A stretch of 64,000 nt of DNA from a virus. Taxonomy: Duplodnaviria > Caudoviricetes. Location: positions 96,001 to 160,000 of the IMG/VR virus record IMGVR_UViG_3300020576_002947. One strand, 5' to 3'. Within the stretch, counting starts at the first letter, position 1. Each line of letters begins with the position of its first letter. The notes under the pieces are model-generated. The model was given only the letters and a program-made list of their open reading frames with translations, ran no database searches and was not told where the DNA came from. The position numbers and the translations under genes are program-made. Below, in pieces: positions 26,516 through 38,800 of this stretch.

Positions 26516-26914
26516 CTATCTTTGAGCAACTTCGCCAGTAACTAAATCAAGATCAAACTCGAGAAACGTTTTAGTAAGTATATCCTCTACTGAATAAAAC
26601 TCAATACCAATAAAAATATGGCCTTCTGTGATTTCTGCCACAATAACATCACTAATAGCGGCCCCAGAAATACTGCTAACCTCTGTTATGACCATTGACC
26701 TAATATTATCTAAGACATCATCATCTGCGGGCTGTCCAATAAAATCTTCTAGCCTAGTTCCTAAGCCAGGAGTAACTAAACAATCCCCTTTGTATGTTTT
26801 AAGACGAAATAGCATTGCCTGTGCAATATAATCATCCCCAGAAACTAAGGTTTCTCTGCCTGTAGTAGCATCAAGAACTAGTTCTCCTGTTGAAGTAATT
26901 TTTAAATCTCTCAT
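26516..26914 (-). CDS. Baseplate gp25/gpW-like protein
   Basis: 132 aa; DLKITSTGEL…IAQAMLFRLKTYKGD…PGLGTRLEDFIG. Confidence 0.85.
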   Translation of the reverse strand: MRDLKITSTGELVLDATTGRETLVSGDDYIAQAMLFRLKTYKGDCLVTPGLGTRLEDFIGQPADDDVLDNIRSMVITEVSSISGAAISDVIVAEITEGHIFIGIEFYSVEDILTKTFLEFDLDLVTGEVAQR

Positions 26915-27498
26915 TTCTTTTTGTTCTCCACTTTAGGTTTGCTTGAAAGTCTTTTTACTACCTTTGGAATATCATGACCAATTGCGTTTGCTAGTCTACT
27001 AACACGGTCAGCAGACTCGGTCATTACTTGATTAGCTATTGTTAAAGGACGACTCTCAAAAATTGACGCTAGTGAAGAAGTACCATGAATTTTCCCAGCG
27101 TTATCAACCTGTGTTAATGAAGTTATAAGCTTATAGTTTGAAAGATCTTCTTTACTATTGCTTACTGTAAGCACTTCTTTCACACCATAAAATAGTTCAG
27201 AGTCAAAGTAGCGACCTAGTAGAACCAAATCCTTTATTGACTGAGTAGATATCTCAATATCCCCGCACTTAAGAATACAGGTTTTAGACTCAAGTCCAAT
27301 ACCATTGTTAATATTATCTACAACTAGATAACTACTACCTGCATATAACTGAACATTGCCATCATTTTGAACTAGAACTCCTGACGGGGTTCTAGGATGG
27401 CGTAATCCTTGGTCTTCATCTAAGTAGTTAAGACCGAAACGTCGTGCTACTGTAGACGTAAAGCCTGTAATAAACGTATCTAAAAAGTTTTTTATCAT
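26911..27498 (-). CDS. Putative baseplate spike-related protein
   Basis: 195 aa; short beta-repeat segment (GVLVQNDGNVQLYAGSSYLVVD) and position directly upstream of the gp25-like gene. Confidence 0.4.
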   Translation of the reverse strand: MIKNFLDTFITGFTSTVARRFGLNYLDEDQGLRHPRTPSGVLVQNDGNVQLYAGSSYLVVDNINNGIGLESKTCILKCGDIEISTQSIKDLVLLGRYFDSELFYGVKEVLTVSNSKEDLSNYKLITSLTQVDNAGKIHGTSSLASIFESRPLTIANQVMTESADRVSRLANAIGHDIPKVVKRLSSKPKVENKKK

Positions 27499-28613
27499 GG
27501 AAGTCTCGTTGGGATCGTCTTGTTATAAGTGCTCTTTCTAGCCCACTCACCAATAACATTCAGTCTTTCATCAACACCATTTACAACACGTGAGCTATCT
27601 CTTTTTTGGACTCCCTTGTCTTGATTAGTCATCTCTGGTCCGATAGGGCCTGTTAAACTAGGAGGGTTACCCTGAGAGACACTAGCAGGGGTATTGGAGG
27701 AAACACCAGGATAGTATATTTTTCTAGGACCTAAGATTTTTACATCATGTACAGAAATGTAGTCGATATAGTCTACATCAGTTAGAGATGTTATAACATA
27801 AACAGACACATCTCGATTTACTATAGAATATAGGTTATCAAAGTTGGGATCATTGAGCTCTCGTTTATATAGGGTTAGATTTCTTAATACTCTTTGCACA
27901 TAAACTGAAGTATTTTTCTTAACTGTAATTGGTGTTGTTTGTAAAGATTCATCACCCGTAGTCTCATTAAACCAAAGTTGAAACGAAGGTGTATCTCTTA
28001 CAACAGTCGCTTCGTAAGCTAATGTATGATCAGCCCCACTCTTATACTGAGCAAAACCTTCCTCAGGTACTGCACTATAAGTTTTAGATTCGATAACTAC
28101 AGGCTTCGTACTAGCTGCTTGTTTTTCTTTTGCATCCGGGACAGCATTCAAAGTATTAATCTGATCTGAACTATAAACTTGAGAGTCAACGGCCTGGGTA
28201 AAGGATGTTTGACCTGAGATTAATGGAAGGAATGTGTTTCCTCCTATCAAAGTTAAGTCTACTAATGCTTGACTACCTGCGGAAGGACTTACACCTACTT
28301 TACCACTTGCGTCTGAGGTTGAGAATGGTTTTGAGCTTCTAGGTGCAATTGATCCAATAGCATCCTTCCCTCCTCTAGGGTCCTTAAACCTAATTACGCA
28401 GCCAGAATTATTAGTATCAGGCCCAGCGGTTAAAGCTAAAAACTGCCCTTTAGATGAAGCACCTTTGACAAATATCTCAGAAGTCTCCTCACTACGCATC
28501 TGAGTAACGTACTTCTCAAAGGAGTCGAGATACCCAGTTACATTACCAGGACTCTGGTTTACTGTAAGTTCGCTAACTTCTTGCGAAGATCTTTTTAAAT
28601 ATCCTGGAATCAT
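27495..28613 (-). CDS. Hypothetical baseplate-region protein
   Basis: 372-aa ORF, ATGA-coupled on both sides. Confidence 0.5.
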   Translation of the reverse strand: MIPGYLKRSSQEVSELTVNQSPGNVTGYLDSFEKYVTQMRSEETSEIFVKGASSKGQFLALTAGPDTNNSGCVIRFKDPRGGKDAIGSIAPRSSKPFSTSDASGKVGVSPSAGSQALVDLTLIGGNTFLPLISGQTSFTQAVDSQVYSSDQINTLNAVPDAKEKQAASTKPVVIESKTYSAVPEEGFAQYKSGADHTLAYEATVVRDTPSFQLWFNETTGDESLQTTPITVKKNTSVYVQRVLRNLTLYKRELNDPNFDNLYSIVNRDVSVYVITSLTDVDYIDYISVHDVKILGPRKIYYPGVSSNTPASVSQGNPPSLTGPIGPEMTNQDKGVQKRDSSRVVNGVDERLNVIGEWARKSTYNKTIPTRLP

Positions 28614-29287
28614 TTACCGTGGTACTCCCAATGCCAAGCTTCTTCAATCTTTCGGCCATCTCTAGCCCAAGCTGGGTGAATAAAACCAAAAGAAGGCGCA
28701 TTTGCTGCTAGCCATAAGTAGAGCTTAGATCCACGCATTCTAGCATTAGAAGCTACTCCAAACGGGTCTTTTCTCGGCCACAAACCACCAATATCAATCG
28801 CTCTAGCCCATCCATGTACAGAAGTTCCTGGTCTAGCTACTCCTTTTCCACCCCTTGCTCTATGTAGATCTGCTTGATGCTCGTAAGTACGATAAGCCGA
28901 GGATATTCTAAGGTTTATACCCTCAGTCTTAGCTTTTGCTACCATAGCTAGCCAAGCATCCGCTGCAGCAGGCATCATCCACGATTGGTTCTGATAACCA
29001 TATCGTTTACCATTGCCGCCACCAATCGGCTTTAAAGATGAAATAGGAATCCTACCATTTGCATGGCCTCCCCAAGCTAGTTGACCTGATGTCAAAGCTG
29101 GTTGGCTAGGAGTAGGCATTGTTTGTGGTACTGTAGTTATTGAGACACTTCCATCAAGGTATGCCTCATCAGTTCCTATCATACTATCAGGATCAAATAG
29201 AAAATTTGTTTTTTCGCTAATCAGACCAATTCTATAAAAATCCTGTTCTGCTCTACTCCTCATTACATCGATAAGATCTTCAAACAT
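28610..29287 (-). CDS. M15B/VanY-like Zn peptidase (peptidoglycan hydrolase)
   Basis: SAYRTYEHQ, SVHGWARAID (SxH…D) and EAWHW (ExxH) motifs. Confidence 0.9.
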   Translation of the reverse strand: MFEDLIDVMRSRAEQDFYRIGLISEKTNFLFDPDSMIGTDEAYLDGSVSITTVPQTMPTPSQPALTSGQLAWGGHANGRIPISSLKPIGGGNGKRYGYQNQSWMMPAAADAWLAMVAKAKTEGINLRISSAYRTYEHQADLHRARGGKGVARPGTSVHGWARAIDIGGLWPRKDPFGVASNARMRGSKLYLWLAANAPSFGFIHPAWARDGRKIEEAWHWEYHGK

Positions 29288-29290
29288 ATT

Positions 29291-29893
29291 CTATAGCTTA
29301 TACCCCACAATGCCACCTAGTGATTTAATACGTCCAACTATTACTTTTACGTAGTGCCGTGTTTCATCGAATGGAGGAATACCTCCATGCTTTCTAACGT
29401 TCCCAGGCCCAGCATTATAAGCTGCTAGAGCCAATGGAATATTATTTTTATGTAGATTCAACATCATCTTAATATATTCCGCACTACCCATTAGATTTTC
29501 TCTAGGGTCCATAGGATTTTTTACTTTAAGCCATGCAGCTGTTTTTGGCATTAACTGCCCTAGACCCATAGCACCAGATTTTTTATTAACATCATTAGGG
29601 TTAAATCTGCTTTCTTGCCAGATAATAGATTCTAGAAGTAGATAAGGCACACCATGTTTTTGAGCAGCTTCATCAATTAACTTGGCTATTGCAGGAGGTG
29701 CATTTTCACTAGGACCTGCTATATAACCTGCTGATGAACCGTCAGCAGGTTTAACTACAGGTGCATTAATACCTGCTGCAATCTCAAAATTAGTTCTGGG
29801 AGATCTATCCGCACCTCCTCCGATTAAACCAATTCTGTAAAAGTCTTCAGTTGCTCTTATATGTAGAAGATTTCTTAATTGATCAATATCCAT
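29291..29893 (-). CDS. Lytic transglycosylase (SLT/GH23)
   Basis: QESRFNP (catalytic Glu), GAMGLGQLMP, ALAAYNAGPG and ETRHYV motifs. Confidence 0.95.
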   Translation of the reverse strand: MDIDQLRNLLHIRATEDFYRIGLIGGGADRSPRTNFEIAAGINAPVVKPADGSSAGYIAGPSENAPPAIAKLIDEAAQKHGVPYLLLESIIWQESRFNPNDVNKKSGAMGLGQLMPKTAAWLKVKNPMDPRENLMGSAEYIKMMLNLHKNNIPLALAAYNAGPGNVRKHGGIPPFDETRHYVKVIVGRIKSLGGIVGYKL

Positions 29894-29895
29894 TT

Positions 29896-32800
29896 TTATT
29901 GTACCGGTAAATCAGTATTGGAGACGTTCTCCGCCTCTTCACGTAATTTCTTCTCTTCTACACTTGGTTTTGTATCAGGGATCTCAACACCCATGAAAGC
30001 ACAAGAAAGTGAAAGCAATTGCCCCCAGCCGTCCTTTTCAATCCACTGATCAATCCAACCAGGTTCATCCCCTACAACAGCGCCAGCGTGTCCTAGAATA
30101 CCTGCAGTATAAGGAACACCTCCTGAGAACAATGGGTAGATTGTTACGACCTGTCTAGCCTTAAGACGGTAGTTTATTGTACTTACAACAGACTCTCCGA
30201 GACACATCCAGATTATCTCTTTAGCTGCTGCTAGTAGGAATTGTGGTCCTACTAATGAGCCTATTCGAAGAGCCGTAGAGGCTTTCTTAGCATCATGACC
30301 AAGGGCACCTAGCAAGTCTACTTGCTTTACAGCATTCTTGGCTGCCTCAATAGCCCCAACTCCTGCTTCTCCTGCTTCCTTAGCAGCGTCCAGAATTTCA
30401 GCAGGATTTTGCTGTGGCTTAAAAGGAAGCAGATTGTAAGGATTTAAAACTGCCTTTCTAAGACCTCTTGACCAACCCCAGATAGCTCCAGCACCTGCCT
30501 TAGCAGTAGCTAGTGTTTTAAAACCACCTGTCGTTCTTCTTATTTTCTTAGCATCCCTATAATTTTTAATAACACCCCAAATACCACTATTTAAAAGGTT
30601 ATCACCCAAATATTTTCCCCACAACTTCCAGCCACTCCATTTAAACCCATATTTATTAAGATCTCCAACGTCAGTTCCAATCTTGTTCATGTCTATAGTT
30701 GCCATTCTAAGGAGATCTTCAATCTCTTCTATAGTTATGTTATTCAATTCGTTGATTAGTTTAGTCCTTGCAGCTGCATTTTTTATAGGATCTACATCAA
30801 TTCCACGAGCTTTAGCAATAGCATCTATCTCAGGATCTTCAAAGATATTCTTTTTGGTATCTCCTATTATTGTTGTTACCCAATCAGTTAGCTCAGGATC
30901 AGCCATTGTATTCTCAAAAGCATTCTCCCATATTCTTGCTAGCTGGATAGTTACTTTTTTCTTAATATCCTTAATAAGAGATTTTGAAACAGAGCCAACT
31001 TTGTGGGGGTCTACATCTTCTTTAAATACCCACCACCCACTTGTTCTTTTGATTGACTTTCTAGTACCATTATAATGACCAATCAGTATATCGGTAATGT
31101 CTTTTTCTAGGGCCTGGAATTTTTCTAGGGTATCTGCTTCATCAATCGTATCTAACAGATTAGCAAGTTCTCTCTTACCCTCGTTTCCAACACCACCTTC
31201 AGCAAATTGTATAATCTCCTCAAGATGCAGAATTATAGAGTCTTTAAGTGCCTTCTTCATCCTAGCATTATAAAGCTTAAGTTGTTCTTTACCTGCACCG
31301 TCTTTTGCAAGGGTCTGTAGTAGTTTTTTTGCTTTTTCGGTACTAAGTAGCTCCTTTAGCTTGACTAACTCAGCTGCTTCTTCAGCCGTAGCCTTACCTG
31401 TGTCCCTCAACTCAATTAATCTACGATATCTAATTACTTCAGGCTCTAATGAACTGCCTTCTAAAAGACTAAATCTATTCTGGATAATATTTAGTCTATC
31501 CCTAGTCCCAGCCTGCATAGCAATTACTAATTTATCTAGAAAGTCTAATTTCTCTCCAGGTGTCTTTAACTCACCAAATTTCTCAGCCAGGTCAGTCTGT
31601 GTGTTAAGAAACCCAATGATTTTTCGGTATGGTACAAGAGATGCATCATCAACAGGTCCTTGAGCTAACCTAGCCAATTTAGCATCCATTTTTTCTCGAA
31701 GAGTGGCTTTTCTAGCTTCTCGAGCAGCTAAATCTCTTGCCTTTTTATCAGCGTCTGCTTGTTGTGCTGGAGTTAGAGTAGGTGGTATAGCTCCCCGTTT
31801 GGCAGCTAAGGGAGGTTCCTTAGGTGCAGGAGCTAAAACTGCTAGTCTTTTCACATAATCTTTAGCAATCTCTGCAGACTTGTTAACATTTGTCTGTGCA
31901 ATACTCTCAGAGATTTCCTTAGCGACCTTATCAGTATCTTCAAGAAGCTTTGCTGCTTGAGCCTCTTGCTCACATAATTCAGCAACTGTGTTAATCGATC
32001 TAGTTTCTGGGTGATCATCCCAGCTAAACCATTTAACTTCAGTTAGTATATCTTGATCAAGAGTTTTTAGTTCAGAAGCATTAAAATCTAAGCCAAACTT
32101 TGTCTTATCTACTAAGTCGAGAAAAGACTTTTTCTGTCTGTCTGAAAGTAATACTCTAGCCGCCTCTCTTAATGCAGACGCTTTCATACCTCTTTTAAAT
32201 AACATGAACATTACAGTTGGCATCACAAGTCTACGCAAGACATAATACGTACTTAGTTTAGTAAGCATTACTAGTGTACTATTAATGATTCTTAGACTTT
32301 GTGTTGACCCAGTAGGCATAGCAAGAGCCATCGGAGATACAAAAGTTACCAGTCCATTTTCTAGATCAAATCTATGAATTACTGTTTTGGCTCTAACAGG
32401 GCCATACAATCCTGACCTATCATCCTGAATAACAATAATATCTCTTGGCTTAATAGTAGGTTGTCCTGTTAAGGTGATCCAACCAGAGTACATATTAGCT
32501 ACTGAGTCCGCTAAAGTAGTTACAAGAGAGTTATGAACTGCAGGGGTTGTAGGTGTATGTGCAATTGTAGAAGCAAATCCAGGAACCCAACTAAATAAGT
32601 TAGTAATTCTTTGTTGGATATTACCAAACCCACCACCAATAGCTGTAAGATAGATACCACTATCTACAGTAAGTGTTCTTCTAGAAGATGGTATAATATC
32701 ATCGTCTACGCAAACACTGAGAGATCTTTCAATTGAATCTCCTCCAAACCATTGACTATAGGTCTGTATACCAACTGCGTCAGTAAATACTTTACTAGCG

Positions 32801-35800
32801 TCAGGTTTAATTGAGTTTTGAATCAAGTTTATCCCTGTTTTGGCAATATAGAACTGAGTAAAAGGTTTCCAAGCTAGTGTAGAAGTTAAATACTCAACAT
32901 CCTTAAAACGTTCACCTGCAAGAGGTCTACCATCATACTCATAGCCTAATTTCTTAGCCCTGTATTCAGCCTTGTCCTGAGCAGACCAAGTAGGAAGTAT
33001 AAAGTTCTCAAAAAGATGTTTCTGACCAGCTTGATTCATCTGATTAAAAAAGCTTCCTTCATATTTCTTCTCAGCAACTCCTTTCGGATTCCAGATCATC
33101 TCAGCCCACTTTGCAAGATTATGTAACCCTCCAGGAATAGAGAGATCCCAGAAAACCTCTCCTAGTTTTAAAGGCCATAGCGTTTCGCTATCTCTCTCAG
33201 ACTGCTTCTCTAAAGCTTTGGAAACAGCGGAAGCATTCTGTCTTATGTATTTACCATCTTGCCTAGCTAGATCTGGGTCAACAGGGGATATACCTAAATT
33301 CTCATCTGACCATAATCCTACTCGGTTTGCCTTAGCAATATTTTGTGTTGCTATTAGCTCAGCAGGAGTTTTGTCAGTATTCGATCCAGGCCTTGGTTTA
33401 ATGTCAGCGTCTTTCTCTACGTAAGCCCAAGCCATTCCAAGACGAATCATCTCTTCGTTAACATCTAGGTAGGTATTAGAATCAGCATCAAAAGCTTTAA
33501 TTTGTACAAGGAAACGGCCATATGCAGCTTCAAAGCCTACGATATCAACGACTACGTTCTTTCCTTCAATAAGTTTCTTAAGAGTTTTTGTTGACTCGAT
33601 TCCAAAACGCTGACGCTTTTCTGGTGCGTCTACATAGCGAAGTCTTGCACCGTTCATTCCGGTGATACCGAAGTTAATTGTATCACCATCTTTTACAAAG
33701 ATTTTAAGCTGGTCTTTGTTACTTCTCAGAAGTTCAAGTGACTTGGCTACTTTTGCATAACTCTTTGTGCTTTCTTTTGTTAAGAAGTCTTTATCAATAG
33801 CTGCTGCACTAGTACTAAGAAGTTCTGAAGTTTCTTCAGAGACTTCCAAGTTGTCATTAGCTTCATTAACCAGTAACGACTTAATATCTAGTGACTGATT
33901 ACCAACAGCCTTAAGCTCTTCTATTGTAGGAGAAAAGTTTTCAAGTGTTTTAGCTGTATAAGCATAGTGGCAAGGCCACCACCACTTTCCGTAGAACACC
34001 CTACTCTCAGTTCCAAACGATGTAGGACAGCCTACAAAATCGAAAACAGCCCTTCGGCAGACATCAATTACTTTGTGAGATGTAGCTTCATTAACAGATA
34101 CACTAAAATAAGTTTTCTTAGCGTTCCAATCATAAAAAGCGTAGTTATTGAAGAAGTTGTTATCAGGAGTTTGATCTAATGTAGGTGAGGCATCATAAAT
34201 ATTTACTGCAGCTTCAGCAGCATAGTGTCTAGCACCTTCAATATATACATCGCCAAAGTGAGCAATACCGTGGGACATATCCCTAAACTTACCAAAAGGA
34301 TTTAATTTTTCAAGAAAGAGTGACTTAGCACCATCAACCTGGATAATTGATTCAAGTACGATATTAGCAGGAGACTTAGAAATCCCCACCATACCGGTAT
34401 TTCTCCACACCCACCCATTGTTTGTTTGAGTATTTCCAACAGTAATTTGTTTGTTTAGTTCATCTCCATCAGATAGTGCTACAATAGTTACTAAGTCATC
34501 AGACGCTGGAAGCTCAGTAATTGCACCATTAAATACAACTGGCATTGTAGCTGCGTTACTACCATAACCCATTCGAAGATGGATTCTAGCACCAGGTTTA
34601 AGAACAAAGGTGTTGAGATAATTTCTAGCCCAGATCATCTTCATCTCATCATCAAAGTTCTTCATGATGTGACGAGCCCAGACATCACCTAATAGGCCAT
34701 CCCCAAATCCCCATTTCTTAGGATTACTTAGAACGGCTAAGAACTCATTTCTTTGGTCAACAGCCATTTCTTCTAAGAAGATTTGCTCGGCTCTGTAGTT
34801 AGTTAATGATCTGAAGACATTAGACAGGCCAATTGTTAGTACGGATGCAGGAGTCTCAACTGAAGAAACAAGCTCTATAGAGCTTACTGCTGTTCTAGTA
34901 AAGTATTGATCCCAGAGCTTCTCAGTGCCGCCTTTCCAGTAAAAACCTTCGTTGATGATTGCTAAGAAGTAAGCAGGCCATGCACCCTTTAATCTTCCAA
35001 AAGGAGAATGGTTTCTTAAGTCTACTGTTAATCCATAGATTGCATCCTCTGATTCAGGGAACAGAGCAAGTCTCTGCTTTCCAATCAAGACTGCCTGCTC
35101 TTCTAGACTTAGATCTTTATCTTGAAGATCGCTAAAAACGCTTAGCATGTCTAAACTAGCAAATCTTCGATCTAAACTAATATCCCTAGGCTTACCACTA
35201 GGAAGGTAATCAGTCATTACAGACCTGCTACCAGATTTTGTAGTATGGATTGTATGGTTAGCCATATTACCGCAATCCATAGCAATATATGGATTATACC
35301 CAGAGAAGAAAGGATCTAGTTTTGATGTTTCATAGAAATCAGCTTCGATACCAATAGATCTTACCCACCCTAACCAATGGACATAATAAGTATCAATGGC
35401 GTGTAGAGAATTACCTGCTGACGCAGCTTCTCGAAGATACTTTGTAAAATCATCAAAACTTTTTGCTTCATCTGCTAAAGATAGAAGTTTATCAATCTGG
35501 TCTTTATTAGTAATATAGTCGGCATTAGCTCTAGTTACTCTAAAATGAGTTTCTAGTAGTTTTACTGCTGTTCTTTTATGCTTACTAGAGTTGTATGTAT
35601 GACCAAACACTCGGTATGCATATCTAGGGCCTTTGATATTCAGTTGGTCAGGTTTAACTTCTTTAACAACCCTCTCCAAATCAAGATCACCCCAGCCAGT
35701 ATGATCTAATGCAGGTCCGTGGGCACCTAAATGTGACCTTGAATTAAAGAAGGCAAATCCTACTGAGGGTGGTATGTTGTTTTTCTGTGCATTTGCAATT

Positions 35801-38800
35801 AGCTCTCGAAGAGTCTCATCACCATTGGTACGAATCTGGGCAGACCCTCCTTTCCAAGTGTCAGAAACACTCTCTAATTCTTTCGACTCTAGAACCTTTC
35901 TATAAAGAAGATTCTTATCATAAACAGTAAAAGGATACAACTTATCAGCCTTCTCCATCATTCTCCAAGGTGTTACAAATGTACCTGCATCAGCAGGAGG
36001 AGAATGAGGAGTTTTAACGGTCAGAAGTGGCTTAAATTTAGAAATTTTTTCTAAGTGTTCGTAAGGAGAGTGTACTTCATAATTAGAATCAGCCCCTTGA
36101 AATGTCATCGGCTTTCTAAAGGCTGCGTTTTCTCTGTCACCACCAACCTCATCCCACCTACCAAGAATGTTTTCTCCAATATTATCAAGAAAACTTGATT
36201 GTTTCCATTGAAGTAAGAAATTGTACGTTGGGTCTGTTAGATCATGCCATTTATGGTCGCTACTAAGTCGATCTGCAATTCCTTGTGTAACAGCGGTCTT
36301 AATAGCCTTCAATCTAAAAGCGTAACTAAAGAAAATTCTTTCCTCTTCAGTACCTTTACCAAGAGCCTCTAAATCTCCCGGGTCCTCAAAAGGAATTAAC
36401 CTTTTTTCGAATTCTTTAGGAATCTCTCCTTTAAAAATATTACTCTTTTTGAAGATATCATTAATTGGTCGAGTATCAGTCCCTATGCGGTTGAAATCTT
36501 TTAGATCAACCATTTCCCCACTACTAGCCCACCATCCAAGTTCAGCACCCTTCTGATCAATCTCGGTAGCCCCCTGAGAAAGTGCTTCTACTACTTCGGT
36601 AGCTTTTTCGCCAGTAGACGCCATATACAGATTATCACCATATATGTTAGGAAGGTACTGCCCAATATTAGTAATTGAAGCTCCTCTTTGGTCTGCAGGT
36701 ACTAAACTAACTACTTTGTTATCTCCAGAAACAGGTAATTTTTCTGAGATTCTGATTGTAGATATGACTCCTGTCTTTGTGGGGCCATCTTCGTTCTTAA
36801 CTTCCTTAGGAGAGAAAACGTCTCGAGCTCCGTACTGATCAGTAGTAACTTCATCTAAAGTTGACTTAAAGTAATTCTTTTCATAGTAAACATAGAAATC
36901 TGGGTCTACATACCTACCTTGAGTCATTGTACCGTCTAAAGGCCAAGCTGCTATATTTTGTCTAGTAGCAGGAACTTCAAAGTACCTACCGCAGTGATTA
37001 AGAATCTCCTCATCCAGTGTAGACAGAGAGATATCATTTTCATCGGATTGCTCTTGCTCGCCAAACTGGGCTAGTCGGTTAAAAGAAAGAACCCACTGAT
37101 TTAACTGTGTTTTAGTAGGTAAATAAAGGTCAGGATAAACCTCTTCATGCAGTAGTGAATTCTGCAATGACATATAATCAATAGCTTTGAGGTAGGTGGG
37201 AAAAGCGTCTTCTACGCCTCTTGTTTCATCGTTATACTTTAAAGTAGTGTTTGTCTGATTATTGTACGTGTTAAGTGTCTTTAGCCTCTCTGCTTCCTTA
37301 ACCCTTGGATCAAAATCTAAGAAAGTTATTACAAAATCCCAGCTTCCAGGAGCACCGGGAGCATTACTTACTTCAATACCCGCGGGCATAACAAAATTAA
37401 TACCCATTAAGCTAAAAATGGTACCTTTTGCGTGGATATAGGCAGATCCTGGTTTTGACTTATCAAACTCGTGACGATCATCAGGAAGGTCTGTAACCGA
37501 TGAGTCTTTACTCTTTCTACTTATAGCTCTTTCAGCGAATAGATCGTAAAATCTCTGGACTTTTAGCATGGCATCATTACTCATGCAACGCCCTTCAAGG
37601 GTAATTATTTTTGACTTTGTGCCTAAGATCTGATGCTTCGGTAATTGTAAAGCTTCATGAGTAGTCACACTTAGGTTATAGCCGCCTTGGACATTTATCT
37701 TAGTAACAATTACATCTTGATCGCCTGTACTAGATAAATGCAGCCTTACATCATCCACACTAGGTACAAAAAATACATCATCAACTGCTCTAGAAAATGA
37801 AGCTGCTCTGCTATCAAAATAAGCGTTCTCATCTACTGCAACATTATAATGTAGCTTTGTAATACCAGGATCTATTTCAGCAGGAATGATCCTAATAACT
37901 GCCCCAAAGAAGTCTTGTGGGTTGACTATTGCAGCCTCAATAGTCGTTTTCATATTCCTAATTGCTTGTGCTCTAACCTCCTCTTCAGGGTTCTGAAAAT
38001 TAACAGTCCTTTGTAGCCTCGCATATTCCTTATCTTCAAAGTATTTTGTGATAGCATTTCTATAAGCTGCAGCATCTTGTTTGTTTTGTGTATCTGATTT
38101 TGAAATATCAACGAGAGTATCAAGACTGCTTATCTTTTGATAATATTCATTAGGAACAAGGATGTTAGCGATATCTACACCAACCCCGACCCTATTTCCA
38201 AGATGGTCTGCTAGTGCATAGTCAAAGCCTTCTTTCCAGTAGGTCCAACCCATAACCATACCAGCTAAAGATCCCTTTACTATACTGTCCCAATTAGCTT
38301 TTGAGTTGAATTTTAAAACATAGTATTCGCCTTCAGTATCGAAGCCAGCAGTATCTGATCCTTTCTCATAAGCTGGTAGCCTTTTGATATTGTCACTTGT
38401 AACCTCTCCTTTTCGAGTGACTAAGTTTTGAAGACTTCGAATAGTTTGAGCATCTGATCCTGCTGTAGTGCTTTGTGTATAGTTTATCTCAGAACCTATT
38501 TTAGATACTTGTTCTGGGCCTGGAATAGTTAAAACTATTTCATCTGAGTAGCTATAAGAAGATTTCTTCGTTGTTGCAGCCCAGAATTGATAAATGGGCC
38601 AACAGTACGCATCACTTAGGCACCTTATTTCAGGATTTTTCTTAGCCTTTTCTTCATCACTCTCAAGCAAGCTCTCAGCCCCAGCTAAGGATGCATAAGC
38701 AGACCAGAGAAATGGGTCTACTTGAATATCAAGCTGCATTGCTTCAGGACTACCAGGGACAGTCGATAGTGAATACCCTTTTACAATTACCTCATTATAT

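Noticed and set aside
28610-29287. VanY as a vancomycin-resistance gene
   Set aside because: M15 peptidases are common phage muralytic domains. There is no van cluster, and the gene sits in the baseplate module beside an SLT.
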